Positions 29,277-39,285 of a stretch of DNA of 64,000 bases are shown piece by piece. This DNA comes from an uncultured delta proteobacterium (GTDB taxonomy: Bacteria; Desulfobacterota; Binatia; UBA9968). The position numbers and the translations under genes are program-made. The stretch spans positions 160,001 to 224,000 of the forward strand of contig CAWDPO010000003.1 in the NCBI GenBank assembly GCA_963804165.1, written 5' to 3'. Position 1 is the stretch's first letter, and each line of letters opens with the position of its first letter. Below the pieces are notes generated by a model. It saw nothing but the letters and a program-made list of their open reading frames with translations, was not told where the DNA came from and searched no databases.

Positions 29277-30527
29277 GTGAATACCACTGAACAACGCAGG
29301 GTTGTCGTGACCGGCCTCGGCGTCGTTTCTCCCTTGGGCACCGGCGTCGAAAAAAATTGGCACGCCTTGATGGAAGGTCGATCGGGCATCCGGCGGATCA
29401 CGCGTTTTGACACCGACGGATTCGCATCGCGCATCGCCGGTGAAGTGCCGGATTTTAAGGTCGAGGACTTTATCGAGCCAAGAGAGATCAAGAAGATGGA
29501 TTTTTTTATCCATTATGCCCTGGGCGCGGCAGCGATGGCGATGGCAGACAGCGGTCTCAAGATCGAGGGTGAGTTCGCCGAATCAGTGGGTGTCATCATC
29601 GGCGTCGGTTTATGCGGTCTCGATACAATTGAAACGACCAAAGAGGCGCTATTGAGCGGCGGCCCGCGGAAAATATCGCCATTTTTTATTCCGAAAGTGA
29701 TTTCGAATCTAGCCCCAGGACATGTTGCGATTCGCTTCGGCGCTAAAGGAGTCAATTGGACGCCGACATCGGCTTGCGCCTCGGGGACCCACGCCATCGG
29801 TGAAGCCTTTCACTTGATCCAGCGCGGGGTGCAGGATGCCGTCATTGCCGGCGGCGCGGAATCCACGATCACGCCCTTGGCCGTGGGCGGCTTTGCCGCG
29901 ATGAAAGCGCTCTCCACACGCAACGATGAGCCGGAAAGAGCAAGCCGGCCATTCGATAAGGAGCGCGACGGATTCGTGGTTGGCGAAGGTTCCGGGATCA
30001 TCATCCTGGAAGAACGCGAACACGCGATCCGGCGCGGCGCGAAGATTTACGCCGAGGTCATCGGTTACGCCGCTACCGGCGACGCGTATCATATGACCGC
30101 GCCCGCGCCCGAGGGCGAGGGCGCGGCGCGCTGCATGCGCCTGGCGCTCAAGGACGCCGGACTCGCGCCAACGGAGGTGGATTACATCAATGCCCACGGA
30201 ACCTCGACGGAGTACAACGACGCCGCCGAAACGACGGCAATCAAAAGCGTCTTCGGCGAACAAGCGGCGAAACTCGCAGTGAGCTCGACAAAGTCGATGA
30301 CGGGCCACTTGCTCGGCGCCGCAGGCGCAGTCGAAGGTGTGTATTCGGTTCTCACGCTTCATAACGGCATGCTGCCACCGACGATCAATTACGAAAATCC
30401 GGACCCCGCGTGCGATCTTGACTATGTGCCTAACAAAGCGCGCAAGGCGGAGGTCCGAGTGGCCTTATCGAACTCTTTTGGATTTGGCGGTACCAACGCC
30501 TGCGTTATTTTTCGGAGAGCGGAATGA
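29277..30527 (+). CDS. fabF: Beta-ketoacyl-ACP synthase II
   Basis: [45 protein letters not shown]. Confidence 0.96.
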   Translation: MNTTEQRRVVVTGLGVVSPLGTGVEKNWHALMEGRSGIRRITRFDTDGFASRIAGEVPDFKVEDFIEPREIKKMDFFIHYALGAAAMAMADSGLKIEGEFAESVGVIIGVGLCGLDTIETTKEALLSGGPRKISPFFIPKVISNLAPGHVAIRFGAKGVNWTPTSACASGTHAIGEAFHLIQRGVQDAVIAGGAESTITPLAVGGFAAMKALSTRNDEPERASRPFDKERDGFVVGEGSGIIILEEREHAIRRGAKIYAEVIGYAATGDAYHMTAPAPEGEGAARCMRLALKDAGLAPTEVDYINAHGTSTEYNDAAETTAIKSVFGEQAAKLAVSSTKSMTGHLLGAAGAVEGVYSVLTLHNGMLPPTINYENPDPACDLDYVPNKARKAEVRVALSNSFGFGGTNACVIFRRAE

Positions 30528-31516
30528 GCGCGGGGCAACGACGCAGCATCATTCTAGGGACCGGTTCCGAGCTGCCGGCCAAAATTGTCAGCAACCATGA
30601 CCTGGAGAAAATGGTTGAGACCAGCGACGAATGGATCACAGTTCGAACGGGCATCAAAGAGCGCAGAGTGCTCGAGGAGGGAAAAGGAAATGCCGACATG
30701 GCCCTGCGCGCGGCGCAGCGGGCGCTCGCCGATGCCGGCATGGCGGCGAGCGCGCTCGATGCCATCATCATGGGCACGGTGACGCCCGACTACCTATTTC
30801 CCAGCTCCGCCTGCGTCCTCGAAGATCTGCTCGGAGCGCGCAACGTTTTTTCTTTCGACGTCGGCGCGGCGTGTTCCGGCTTTCTCAATGCGCTGGCGGT
30901 CGCGGATTCATTCATCCGCACCGGCCAGATTAACAACGCGCTGGTCGTCGGCTCCGATGCCCTCAGCCGCCTGCTGAACTGGCAAGACCGGGGCACCTGT
31001 ATTCTATTCGGCGACGGCGCCGGCGCGGTGGTGCTCGGCGCCTCGGAGAACGGATCCGGCATTTTGAGCACCAAACTTCGCACCGACGGCTCCTACGTCA
31101 AGCAGCTTTATGTTCCGGCGGGCGGCTCGCTTAAACCGGCGACGCCCGCCACCGTACAGCGGAACGAACACACGATTACGATGAACGGCAAAGAGGTGTT
31201 TAAAATTGCCGTGCGTTCGATGGAGGAAATCAGCCGTCAGGCCTTGACTGAAGCCGGTGTCGCCGTCGAGCAGGTTTCACTCGTGATCCCGCATCAAGCC
31301 AATCGCAGAATTATCGTCGCGCTTGCCGAACGACTCGGTGTGCCGATGGAAAGAGTCATGGTGAATCTCGAAAAATACGGTAATACCTCCGCGGCGTCGA
31401 TTCCCGTTGCCTTGGACGAAGCTAAACGTCAAGGCCGGATCAAACCGGGAGACATAGTATTGCTCAACGCCTTCGGCGCCGGATTTGCCTGGGGGGCTGC
31501 GGTTGTCAAATTCTAG
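30524..31516 (+). CDS. fabH: Beta-ketoacyl-ACP synthase III
   Basis: [34 protein letters not shown]. Confidence 0.96.
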   Translation: MSAGQRRSIILGTGSELPAKIVSNHDLEKMVETSDEWITVRTGIKERRVLEEGKGNADMALRAAQRALADAGMAASALDAIIMGTVTPDYLFPSSACVLEDLLGARNVFSFDVGAACSGFLNALAVADSFIRTGQINNALVVGSDALSRLLNWQDRGTCILFGDGAGAVVLGASENGSGILSTKLRTDGSYVKQLYVPAGGSLKPATPATVQRNEHTITMNGKEVFKIAVRSMEEISRQALTEAGVAVEQVSLVIPHQANRRIIVALAERLGVPMERVMVNLEKYGNTSAASIPVALDEAKRQGRIKPGDIVLLNAFGAGFAWGAAVVKF

Positions 31517-31524
31517 CCAGCGCG

Positions 31525-32892
31525 TTACGCCGGTCCCTTGCCGGTCTCGCCGCGCGTGATTTTTTGCGTGGCCGCTTCACTTAGCGCTTTTAGCCGCGCG
31601 CTGAACTCAAGCGGATACGCATTTGGGTTTCGAATTGATTTCACGCGATCGGGAAGCGCCGCGAAATCCGCCGCAAAGACGCTTCGGATCTCTGCCAGGG
31701 ACGGATAGGTCGCCGTCATTACGCCGTCGCGCATGAATTCTTTCAGCAACGGCTCTCCCGGCAATTGATCATCGCGCAAGCCGATGACGTCGCGCGCTGG
31801 TCGGCCACCGTCATCGCTCATTCGAAACACTTGTTTCTTCCCCGGCCACGATACTTTACCGTGGCTGAGCTTCAGTACCGGACGGCCATCGTACTCGACG
31901 AGTTTGTAGGCAATATCGGACCACGGCGCGTCGGCAGACACGCCCATCTTGGTTCCCACGCCATAACTGTCGTACGGAATGTTGTGCTTGGAAAAATGAT
32001 CCAGGTCGAATTCATCAAGCCCGCCGCTGCCGATGATTTTAACACTGCTATGCCCGCCCGCGTCGAGAATTCGCCGCACCTCCACCGCAAGTTTCGCTAA
32101 ATCGCCGCTGTCGATGCGTACACCGATCAGTTGATTACCGCCTTTAGCCATTTCATCGGCGACCCGAACCGCGTTACGTGCTCCCTCGAGCGTATCGTAG
32201 GTGTCGATGAGAAGTATCGCATTATTTGGGAAGCTCGCGACGTAAGCGCGAAACGCATCGATTTCGCGATCGAAGCTTGAGACGAAGGAGTGCGCCATCG
32301 TGCCGACGATGGGGATGTCATATTTCTGCCCCGCCCTCACATTGCTGGTTCCGGGAAATCCGGCGAGATAACTGGCACGAGCGACTTTCATGCCCGCGTC
32401 TGTGCCATGCGTGCGGCGCAACGCAAAGTCGACGACGGCGCGGCCGCCGGCGGCGTGCACGCAACGGGCCGCTTTAGTGGCGATCAAGCTCTGCAAATGA
32501 ACTTGATTAATAATGAAAGTTTCAACGATCTGCGCCTGGATAATCGGCGCGGTCACTTCAATCACCGGTTCATCTTTGAAGAAGACTCGCCCTTCCGGAA
32601 TCGCCCATACGGTGCCGGAGAACCGAAGGTCGGCGAGATAGTGCAAAAAGTCATCTGAGAAGAGTTTTTGAGACGCTAGATAATCGAGCGCCGAAGCATC
32701 GAAGGAAAAACTTTCAAGATAGTCCAAAACGTCCTGCAGTCCCGCCGAAATGAAATAACCGCGATTGGGTGGGTAGGAACGAATAAAGAGGCTGAATGTG
32801 GCCTCGCCCATTCGCTGTTCGCGAAAGTAGCTTTGCGCCATCGTCAGCTGGTAGAGATCGGTCAGGAGAGTGAGGTTCTCACCGGTGGTCAT
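31525..32892 (-). CDS. pncB: Nicotinate phosphoribosyltransferase
   Basis: LLTDLYQLTM, DFALRRTH, GTMAHS, LIDTYDT, GVRIDSGD, YGVGT. Confidence 0.93.
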   Translation of the reverse strand: MTTGENLTLLTDLYQLTMAQSYFREQRMGEATFSLFIRSYPPNRGYFISAGLQDVLDYLESFSFDASALDYLASQKLFSDDFLHYLADLRFSGTVWAIPEGRVFFKDEPVIEVTAPIIQAQIVETFIINQVHLQSLIATKAARCVHAAGGRAVVDFALRRTHGTDAGMKVARASYLAGFPGTSNVRAGQKYDIPIVGTMAHSFVSSFDREIDAFRAYVASFPNNAILLIDTYDTLEGARNAVRVADEMAKGGNQLIGVRIDSGDLAKLAVEVRRILDAGGHSSVKIIGSGGLDEFDLDHFSKHNIPYDSYGVGTKMGVSADAPWSDIAYKLVEYDGRPVLKLSHGKVSWPGKKQVFRMSDDGGRPARDVIGLRDDQLPGEPLLKEFMRDGVMTATYPSLAEIRSVFAADFAALPDRVKSIRNPNAYPLEFSARLKALSEAATQKITRGETGKGPA

Positions 32893-33045
32893 GAAGCATT
32901 TTTTCTCCAACTTCGCGATAGTTTAGTGAAAAGGAGTTGCCGAGTAAAGGAATCGCTTGGCGCGCTTCTCTGTTGATTTATCGGGGTCATTTTGTTAAGG
33001 ATTTGTTAGCAGCTACGCGTAATTAGCCATCCTAGGAGGGCATCG

Positions 33046-33768
33046 ATGTTTACCGAGAAGGTTGATTTGAAGGATTTCGAAAAGCAAGATCCGGAATACC
33101 AGGACTTACTGCGCCGGGTATTGGCCATCCAGGCCGATTGCGAAATCGGCGGCCCGAATCTTTATGTAAAGCACATTCTACCGTCCGCACCGACCAAGTT
33201 GGATCAGCTCATTGTCGCGCGCACCGCGGCGGAAGAAATGGATCATTTCCGAAAAATGGCCCGTTTGGCCGGTGATGTCGGGGTGGATGTTACCTACACA
33301 CTCAGCCGTCCCAATCAGGAACGCTATGTGGAAGCGTTTCGCGGCGAGATCAAGACCTGGGAAGACTATGCCGTGTTCGGATTTCTCGTCGACCGCGTCG
33401 GCCGATTTCAACTCGAGGAGTTCCTCGATTGCACTTACCTGCCGCTTGCCCGCGTCGTCGAAGATCCGGACATCATCCGGGAAGAAGAAGGGCACGTCGA
33501 CTTCGGCACCAACGCTTCCGCTGAATTCGCGGCTAAAGGCGGCGAGTCGAAGGAAAGAATTCAACGGGCGGTGGATTACTGGTACGTCAAGGGCCTCGAC
33601 ATGTTCGGCAATTCGAAGTCGTATCGTTCGGAACGTTACATGTTTTGGGGATTGAAGCGTCGCCCCAACGCGGTGGCGCGCCAGCAATATAAGGATGAGA
33701 TCGACGCACTGATTTTAAAAATGGGTCTCACGCTCCCCGATCCCAACAAGGGACGGCTGTACACGTAA
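33046..33768 (+). CDS. Ferritin-like di-iron protein, PaaA/PaaC/BoxB-related
   Basis: QADCE, AAEEMDH, FLVDRVG..QL, CTYLPLAR, IIREEEGHVDFG, QRAVDYW..GLDMFG. Confidence 0.82.
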   Translation: MFTEKVDLKDFEKQDPEYQDLLRRVLAIQADCEIGGPNLYVKHILPSAPTKLDQLIVARTAAEEMDHFRKMARLAGDVGVDVTYTLSRPNQERYVEAFRGEIKTWEDYAVFGFLVDRVGRFQLEEFLDCTYLPLARVVEDPDIIREEEGHVDFGTNASAEFAAKGGESKERIQRAVDYWYVKGLDMFGNSKSYRSERYMFWGLKRRPNAVARQQYKDEIDALILKMGLTLPDPNKGRLYT

Positions 33769-33782
33769 TATCGAGGAATACC

Positions 33783-33974
33783 ATGCAAACAGCACCTAAC
33801 ACTGACGCGTTGGATCAACAGTTCAAAGAATTCATCCAAGGTATAAAGAAAGCTGTAGGTACGGGCATACCGCATCTTAAGGACGATCCGAAGATCGTCG
33901 ACCAGGCGATCACGGATTGCAAGGAAATTCTCGACGTGGTCATGGAAGGAAACGTCAAGGAGTGGCTCGCGTAA
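33783..33974 (+). CDS. Small hypothetical protein (63 aa)
   Basis: SD GAGG; begins 15 nt after the di-iron gene stop; helical composition. Confidence 0.7.
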   Translation: MQTAPNTDALDQQFKEFIQGIKKAVGTGIPHLKDDPKIVDQAITDCKEILDVVMEGNVKEWLA

Positions 33975-34087
33975 GCTATTGATCATCTCGATCCGACCGG
34001 AATCTTTTATCGTTCGTCAAAGGCGCCTTAAAAAAGTAGGCGCCTTTGTTTATCAGCGGTCGGCGATTTTAAGCCAGGAGAGACACG

Positions 34088-34867
34088 TTGAATATTGTCG
34101 TTTGCGGTAAAGTCATTCCCGCCAGCACCGTGACCATCGAAATCGATCCGAATACGAAACGGATGATACGCAAGGGCGTCCCGCACGAGCTCGACCCGGC
34201 GGCCGCCAGCGCCGTCGAAGAAGGATTGCGCCTCACTGAAAAACATGGTGGCGCAGTGACGCTGATCACCATGGGTACGAGCGATGCGACGATCGGCATT
34301 CGCAATGCATTGGCGATGGGCGCGGCGTCTGCCGTGCACATCTTCGACGATGCCGTGGCGGGTTCCGATACCCTCGGCACCGCGAAGCTCCTGGCCGCCG
34401 CGATCAAAAAGCAAGAATTTGATCTTGTCATCTGCGCCACCGAGAGCAGTGACAGTTATTCCGGCATCGTGCCCGGACAAATCGCTCATTTCCTCGGCGT
34501 GCCGCCGGTCACTTTCGCCAAAGAGATCGACGTCGAAGGCAACAAGATTACAATCAAACGGCAGAGCGAAACCGGCTACGACATTGTCGAGTCGACCTTG
34601 CCGGCGCTGGTCGCTTGCAGCAGCGGCATCAACGAACCGCGTTATCCACAGCTCAAAGGCATCATGGCAGCGAAGAAAAAAGAGATTAAAGTTTACAAAG
34701 CCGCCGATTTGGGTTTATCGCCGGATGAAGTCGGCGAAAAAGGTGCCCGCGAAAAGGTTCTCGCCATCGGCCGCCCGGCCAAGCGGCAAGCCGGCAAAGC
34801 CGTGACCGACGAAGGCGAAGGCGGCAAGCAGATCGCCGACTTTCTGACGGAAATCAAGGTGATCTAA
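34088..34867 (+). CDS. etfB: Electron transfer flavoprotein beta subunit
   Basis: NIVVC.K..P, ALAMGA, DTLGTA, INEPRYP.LKGIMAAKKK. Confidence 0.93.
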   Translation: MNIVVCGKVIPASTVTIEIDPNTKRMIRKGVPHELDPAAASAVEEGLRLTEKHGGAVTLITMGTSDATIGIRNALAMGAASAVHIFDDAVAGSDTLGTAKLLAAAIKKQEFDLVICATESSDSYSGIVPGQIAHFLGVPPVTFAKEIDVEGNKITIKRQSETGYDIVESTLPALVACSSGINEPRYPQLKGIMAAKKKEIKVYKAADLGLSPDEVGEKGAREKVLAIGRPAKRQAGKAVTDEGEGGKQIADFLTEIKVI

Positions 34868-34868
34868 A

Positions 34869-35837
34869 GTGGCGGACACAATCTGGGTATACGCGGAAAT
34901 CAGCGAAGACAAAGTCACCACGACTTCCCTCGAGATGCTGGCGAAAGCCAGCGAGGTCGGAAAAGCTGAAGTGATTTTGCTCGGTCCAGCGACGGACGAC
35001 ACGGTCGCAACCCTCGCCAAGCACGGTGCGAGCAAAATTTATCATTGCGCGGATGCGGTCTATAAAGATTACTTGACCTTGCCCGCCGCCGAAACCGTCG
35101 CCGGATTGATTCAAAAATATAGTCCTGCGGTCATGCTCTTTGCGTCGAGTTATGCCGGCCGTGACCTGGTCGCCAATTTAAGTGCGCGCCTCGATTGCGG
35201 CGCAATCACCGACGTCGGCGATTTTTTATTGAAAGACGGCAGCGTCGAAGCGACGATTCCCGCGCTTGGCGCGAGTTACCAGAACACGAGCACGTTGGTC
35301 AGTCAGGGAACGAAGTTGCTCGTCGTGCGGCCCAAATCTTTCGAACCGAAAATCAACGAACAGCCGCTCGCCGTCGAAGAAGTTCCCGCAGCGACGGATG
35401 AGGGTTTACGCAAAGTTCACATGAAAGAGCGCGTCGTTGTCAAGCGCGAAGGGCCCTCGCTCGAAGGCGCAAAGATCGTCATCTCCGGCGGGCGCGGGCT
35501 CAAGGGTGAAGAGCAATTTTCCATATTGAAAGAACTCGCCGATGTTCTCGGCGCCGCCGTCGGTGCCAGTCGTGCTGCAGTCGATGCCGGCTGGGTTCCC
35601 TACTCGATGCAGATCGGCCAAACCGGCAAGACAGTGAAACCCGACATCTATTTCGCCGTCGGTATTTCCGGTGCCGTGCAGCATCTCTCCGGCATGAAGA
35701 CCTCGAAATACATCATTACCATCAATAAAGATCCGGAAGCGCCGATCTTTCAATACTCCGACTTCGGCGTCGTTGGCGATCTCTTCAAAGTCGTGCCGCA
35801 GTTGATCGAAGAATTAAAGAAGCGCAAGGGCGCGTAG
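34869..35837 (+). CDS. etfA: Electron transfer flavoprotein alpha subunit
   Basis: [45 protein letters not shown]. Confidence 0.95.
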   Translation: MADTIWVYAEISEDKVTTTSLEMLAKASEVGKAEVILLGPATDDTVATLAKHGASKIYHCADAVYKDYLTLPAAETVAGLIQKYSPAVMLFASSYAGRDLVANLSARLDCGAITDVGDFLLKDGSVEATIPALGASYQNTSTLVSQGTKLLVVRPKSFEPKINEQPLAVEEVPAATDEGLRKVHMKERVVVKREGPSLEGAKIVISGGRGLKGEEQFSILKELADVLGAAVGASRAAVDAGWVPYSMQIGQTGKTVKPDIYFAVGISGAVQHLSGMKTSKYIITINKDPEAPIFQYSDFGVVGDLFKVVPQLIEELKKRKGA

Positions 35838-35850
35838 CAAAGAGCGCAAT

Positions 35851-35879
35851 GTAGGGGTGGGTTTCAAACCCGCCCCTAC
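35851..35879. repeat. GTAG-type REP palindrome
   Basis: GTAGGGGTGGGTTTCAAACCCGCCCCTAC; identical copy at 56950-56978. Confidence 0.85.
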
Positions 35880-35902
35880 ATGAATTCGTTGTGTGCGATG
35901 AA

Positions 35903-36887
35903 TTACCGCCTCGTCTGCTGAAAGAACCCTTCCCGTTCCAACTCTTGCACGAGCGAGGCATCGACGAAGTTGGCTGGATTGGCGCCGCTAGCTTCGCTGC
36001 CTAAACCTTTGAGCAATCCTTTGACACCTTCGAGATCGACGCCGATGGATTTTTGTAGATGCCTCTGCCCGTAGCTGCGGTAGACTTCGGCCAGTATTTC
36101 CGGATCGTCGAGGCAGACGTATTTGGCGAGGATTTTTAGCGCGGCATGTTTGTCGTTGCGAGTTTCTTGCACGGCTTCGTAATAGGCACGTAGGATACGC
36201 AGCACAGTGTCACGACTGCTTTTGATAAATGACCGCCGCGCGCTCATCGGCGAGTTGACGTAGGGAATGCCATAGTCGGCGGCGTCGACCAGCTCGCGCA
36301 GTCCCATCTTGATGCCGCGCAGGTTATTCGGCGCGGAAATCATGCCGCCGTCGACGAAGCCTTTGGCCACCGCCGCCAGCATTTCCGGCATGCCGCCGCG
36401 AATGCCCAACACCGCAAGATCTTTGTTGCGCTGCAGTCCCCACCGTTCGAGCAACAAACTCAATACTAGATCGGGTGAATCACCGAGGTTGCTCACGCCG
36501 ATCTTTTTGCCTTTGAGATCTTCGATCCGGCGGATTTCGGGTTTGGTCATCAGCGAAAAAACAGCGACATTGATGGTATTCGCAATGATCGCGAGGTCGG
36601 CGCCGCGAATTGTCGAGCGCACCACGGAAGACGGGGAGGCGCGGACAAACTGTATTTCGCCGGCGAGCATCGCCTCGATGGCGACACCACGAATGTAGGT
36701 TAACTCCACCTCGACGCCGTGCTTGTCGAAAAAGTTTCGGTCCTTAGCGACCCAGAGCGGCAGCATGGCGCCGCTGATGGAGCTGTAGGCAATGCGGAGG
36801 GGAGCGGCGTGGGCGTGCCACCGGCAATACCGCAGCGAGTGCGAGTATGGCCGATAGCGTCAACTTTAAAGCTCGATGGGTGGTCAT
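35903..36887 (-). CDS. ABC-type substrate-binding protein, NMT1/THI5-like; frameshift in the signal region ~36815
   Basis: MTTHRALKLTLSAILALAAV signal, then LRIAYSSISGAMLPLWVAKDRNFFDKHG, DLKGKKIGV, LVQELEREGFF. Confidence 0.85.
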
Positions 36888-37144
36888 CGGTTGGCGCGCT
36901 TGGGAATATTATCGGGGTGGATTCGCAAAGAGCACCCATGTCCTATCTTTTCCCCGCCTGGACTGTGTCGCAACTCGCACGATCATATGGGTGTCATGCT
37001 GAGCAACGCGAAGCATCTCGCATGGTGAGCTAATGACGAAGACGAGATTCTTCGCCTGCGGCTCATCTATGAAAGCTTTGTCAAGGTATCTGTTAGTCAC
37101 ATATTGTTTTTTCTTCTCATGGTTTCGAATACACCAGTACTTAT

Positions 37145-37271
37145 CGTCCGTGGCAAAGCGTACCCGATGTTATCGGACTCATCTATTCGCCGTCTAAAGC
37201 GGCAGAGAAAAATGCCACAGGGCTGTCGCAATCAGAATTCGGGTCTCAGTGGACCCATGAGCCGCGCGCGC
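37145..37271 (-). ncRNA. Candidate seekRNA/bridge RNA of the IS1111-type element
   Basis: Guides GCGGCTCA and ATTCTGA flank a hairpin and match the insertion target; ATAGATGA matches the donor end; boundaries approximate. Confidence 0.75.
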
Positions 37272-38312
37272 TTAGCCCTGCGTGGACGACATCGGTTCGC
37301 GATAGCTTTCTCCTTTTTTCAACATCCAGAAACTCGCCTCCGCCAAGTGTCGGGCCACGGCCACAATCGCTTTGCCGTGCCCCCGTCTGGCTTTGACATT
37401 TTCATACAGCCGGGCAACGTGTCGGTACTCGCAGCGCTCGCGGTTGAGCACCGCGCTATTGGCCGCTTCGGTAAAGGCCCACTTCAGATAAAGATTCACA
37501 TCCTTTCTCACCCGCCCGTAGCGCACCTTGCCGCCACTGGAGTTCTCCCGGGGTACCAGCCCCGCGTAACTCGCCAGCTGCTCGGCTCGGCCAAAGCGCT
37601 CGATCGTACCGATCTCAGTCCAGATCACCACCGCCAACATCTCACCCACTCCTGGCTCGCTCTGCAAATAAGTCGTCTCGGCACAGGGAGCAAAGGCTTG
37701 GCGCATTTGGCCTTCAATGGTCTTGAGATTGGCCTGCACATGGTCGAGCTCGTCGAGCATCAATCGCAGCGCTTGTTGGGTGTGCGGTGGCAGCTTGGAG
37801 CAAAGCTCTTCGATGATCTGTCGGCCCCGCTTGCCAAAGGCGTCGCTGACGCCGTCGACCTTGAGCCCGTACTTCTCCAGAGTGGCGTGAATACGGTTCT
37901 TGAACTGGGTTCTCTGCTTGCTGAGCACCATGCGGGTGCGCGGCAGCTCGCGGGCATCACGAACCGCAGACGGCGCAATCCACACCGTCGGCAGGGTTCC
38001 GACTCTCTGCAAACGATTCATTCCCTTCGCATCGAGCTTGTCGCTCTTGTTCACGCTGCCGATCATCAGCTTGGCCAGTCGTGCGTTGACCAGTTGCGGC
38101 GATCCTTTCCCCGCCTCGATCTCATCGACTACCCAGTACCAGTTGCCCACGGTCTCAACCGCCACCGGGGTTCCCGGACTCCACTTGTTGGTGAAGTTCT
38201 TAATCGTTCCTCGACTATGCGCCAGTTTACACTCAAAGAGCTTCTGGCCTTGGTCATTTTCTACCCGCGCCCAGGTGTAATGCTTATGAACATCCAATGC
38301 GACGTATTCCAT
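37272..38312 (-). CDS. IS110-family transposase/recombinase
   Basis: YVALDVHK, VAVETVG, KSDKLDA (DEDD RuvC-like); PGVG, ASYAGLVP..NSSGG (Tnp-domain Ser), KAIVAVAR; SD GGAGGAGG. Confidence 0.95.
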   Translation of the reverse strand: MEYVALDVHKHYTWARVENDQGQKLFECKLAHSRGTIKNFTNKWSPGTPVAVETVGNWYWVVDEIEAGKGSPQLVNARLAKLMIGSVNKSDKLDAKGMNRLQRVGTLPTVWIAPSAVRDARELPRTRMVLSKQRTQFKNRIHATLEKYGLKVDGVSDAFGKRGRQIIEELCSKLPPHTQQALRLMLDELDHVQANLKTIEGQMRQAFAPCAETTYLQSEPGVGEMLAVVIWTEIGTIERFGRAEQLASYAGLVPRENSSGGKVRYGRVRKDVNLYLKWAFTEAANSAVLNRERCEYRHVARLYENVKARRGHGKAIVAVARHLAEASFWMLKKGESYREPMSSTQG

Positions 38313-38461
38313 TTGCGATTTCCTCCTCCAGCCGTCAGTCTATCTACCGACGCTGCGGATTTCATCGCTTTCATATTAATCAGAATGACATTAAGACATA
38401 GTCTCGTGACAAGGAAGGGGTTAAGACGATTTTGCGCAGAGTAGATTAATTGCTCGGGACT

Positions 38462-39208
38462 CTAAGCTGCAGCGCTGCTCGCGTCGTATTTCTGCTCTTG
38501 GACGACATAGGCCATGTAAATGCAGTCGGACATGACCCGGCGCATGTTGTTTTTCATCAGCTGGGCGTTGATGCAGGCTTCTTGCAGCTCTTTGGTGTCG
38601 GCGTATTTTTTCAGGATTTCTTTGCGGATCACGCCGTGCTCGACATCGACGTCGGCGTGCAGCTTGTAGAATGTCAAAGCGTCGTCCGGGAACCCATTTG
38701 TAGTGCTTACGAAAGGTATCGAGGTCGCGCGACATCGCTTTGGCGGTGTCGTCGCCTTCGGACACAGCGACGCCGAGCAGCCATGAAGTTTTAAATGCCG
38801 CGTTGGCGAAACTATCGACGGCGAACTTGACGCCGTAGAGCGGTTCGGAGTTTCTCACGAACTCGCGTTCCATTCCCAGACCGACGCAGACATCGAGCCA
38901 GTATTCGGGATGGGGCCCGTGTGATTTGCCGATCAGATCTTCGCCTTCCTCTTCGATGGCTTTCGGCAGCCACATGCGACGCACGTCGACGTGCGGGCAA
39001 TTATAGAGGATCGAATACTCTTTGATCGGTACTTGCTTGGTGAAGTAGTAGCGTTCCTTGGCCCAGCCTTGCAGCTGTTCTTGGTGCATTTGCCATCGCG
39101 AAAAATTGCTTCCCAAGGATGAGGCGGGCGCTGATGATCTTGGCGGTTTGCATCGAAAAAAGTCTGGATGAATTCATCGGGAGCGAGTTTGTGGTCGAGC
39201 TTGAACAT
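38462..39208 (-). CDS. Heme-oxygenase-like di-iron protein (PqqC/CADD/TenA fold); frameshifts ~39085 and ~38685
   Basis: HPWE...EQLQGWAKERYYF, EEEG, HPEYWLD, SEG, FYKLHADVDVEHG (H-x3-D-x2-H). Confidence 0.8.
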
Positions 39209-39285
39209 AGAACTGATTCCTTTCGAGCTTGAGACGAAATGGAAAGGGCGCGGCACGCCGTGCCCCGTGAGTGACAACGCTGAGG

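Larger units (their letters stand above)
37066..38382 (-). mobile_element. IS110-family insertion sequence, IS1111 type (~1317 bp)
   Basis: DEDD transposase; subterminal IRs TATGAAAGC (37068-37076) and GCTTTCATA (38367-38375); TCA core at both junctions; about 200-nt non-coding end downstream of the transposase. Confidence 0.92.
36992..38390. repeat. TGTCA...TGACA palindromic repeat split by the IS insertion (36992-37065 plus 38383-38390)
   Basis: TGTCATGCTGAGC..CGAAGCATCTC...GAGATTCTTCGCCTGCGGCTCA | GAATGACA; intact relatives at 47014-47115 and 59904-59971. Confidence 0.85.

Noticed and set aside
37104-38444. 446-aa plus-strand ORF over the IS
   Set aside because: Antisense shadow of the transposase; no recognisable motifs or SD
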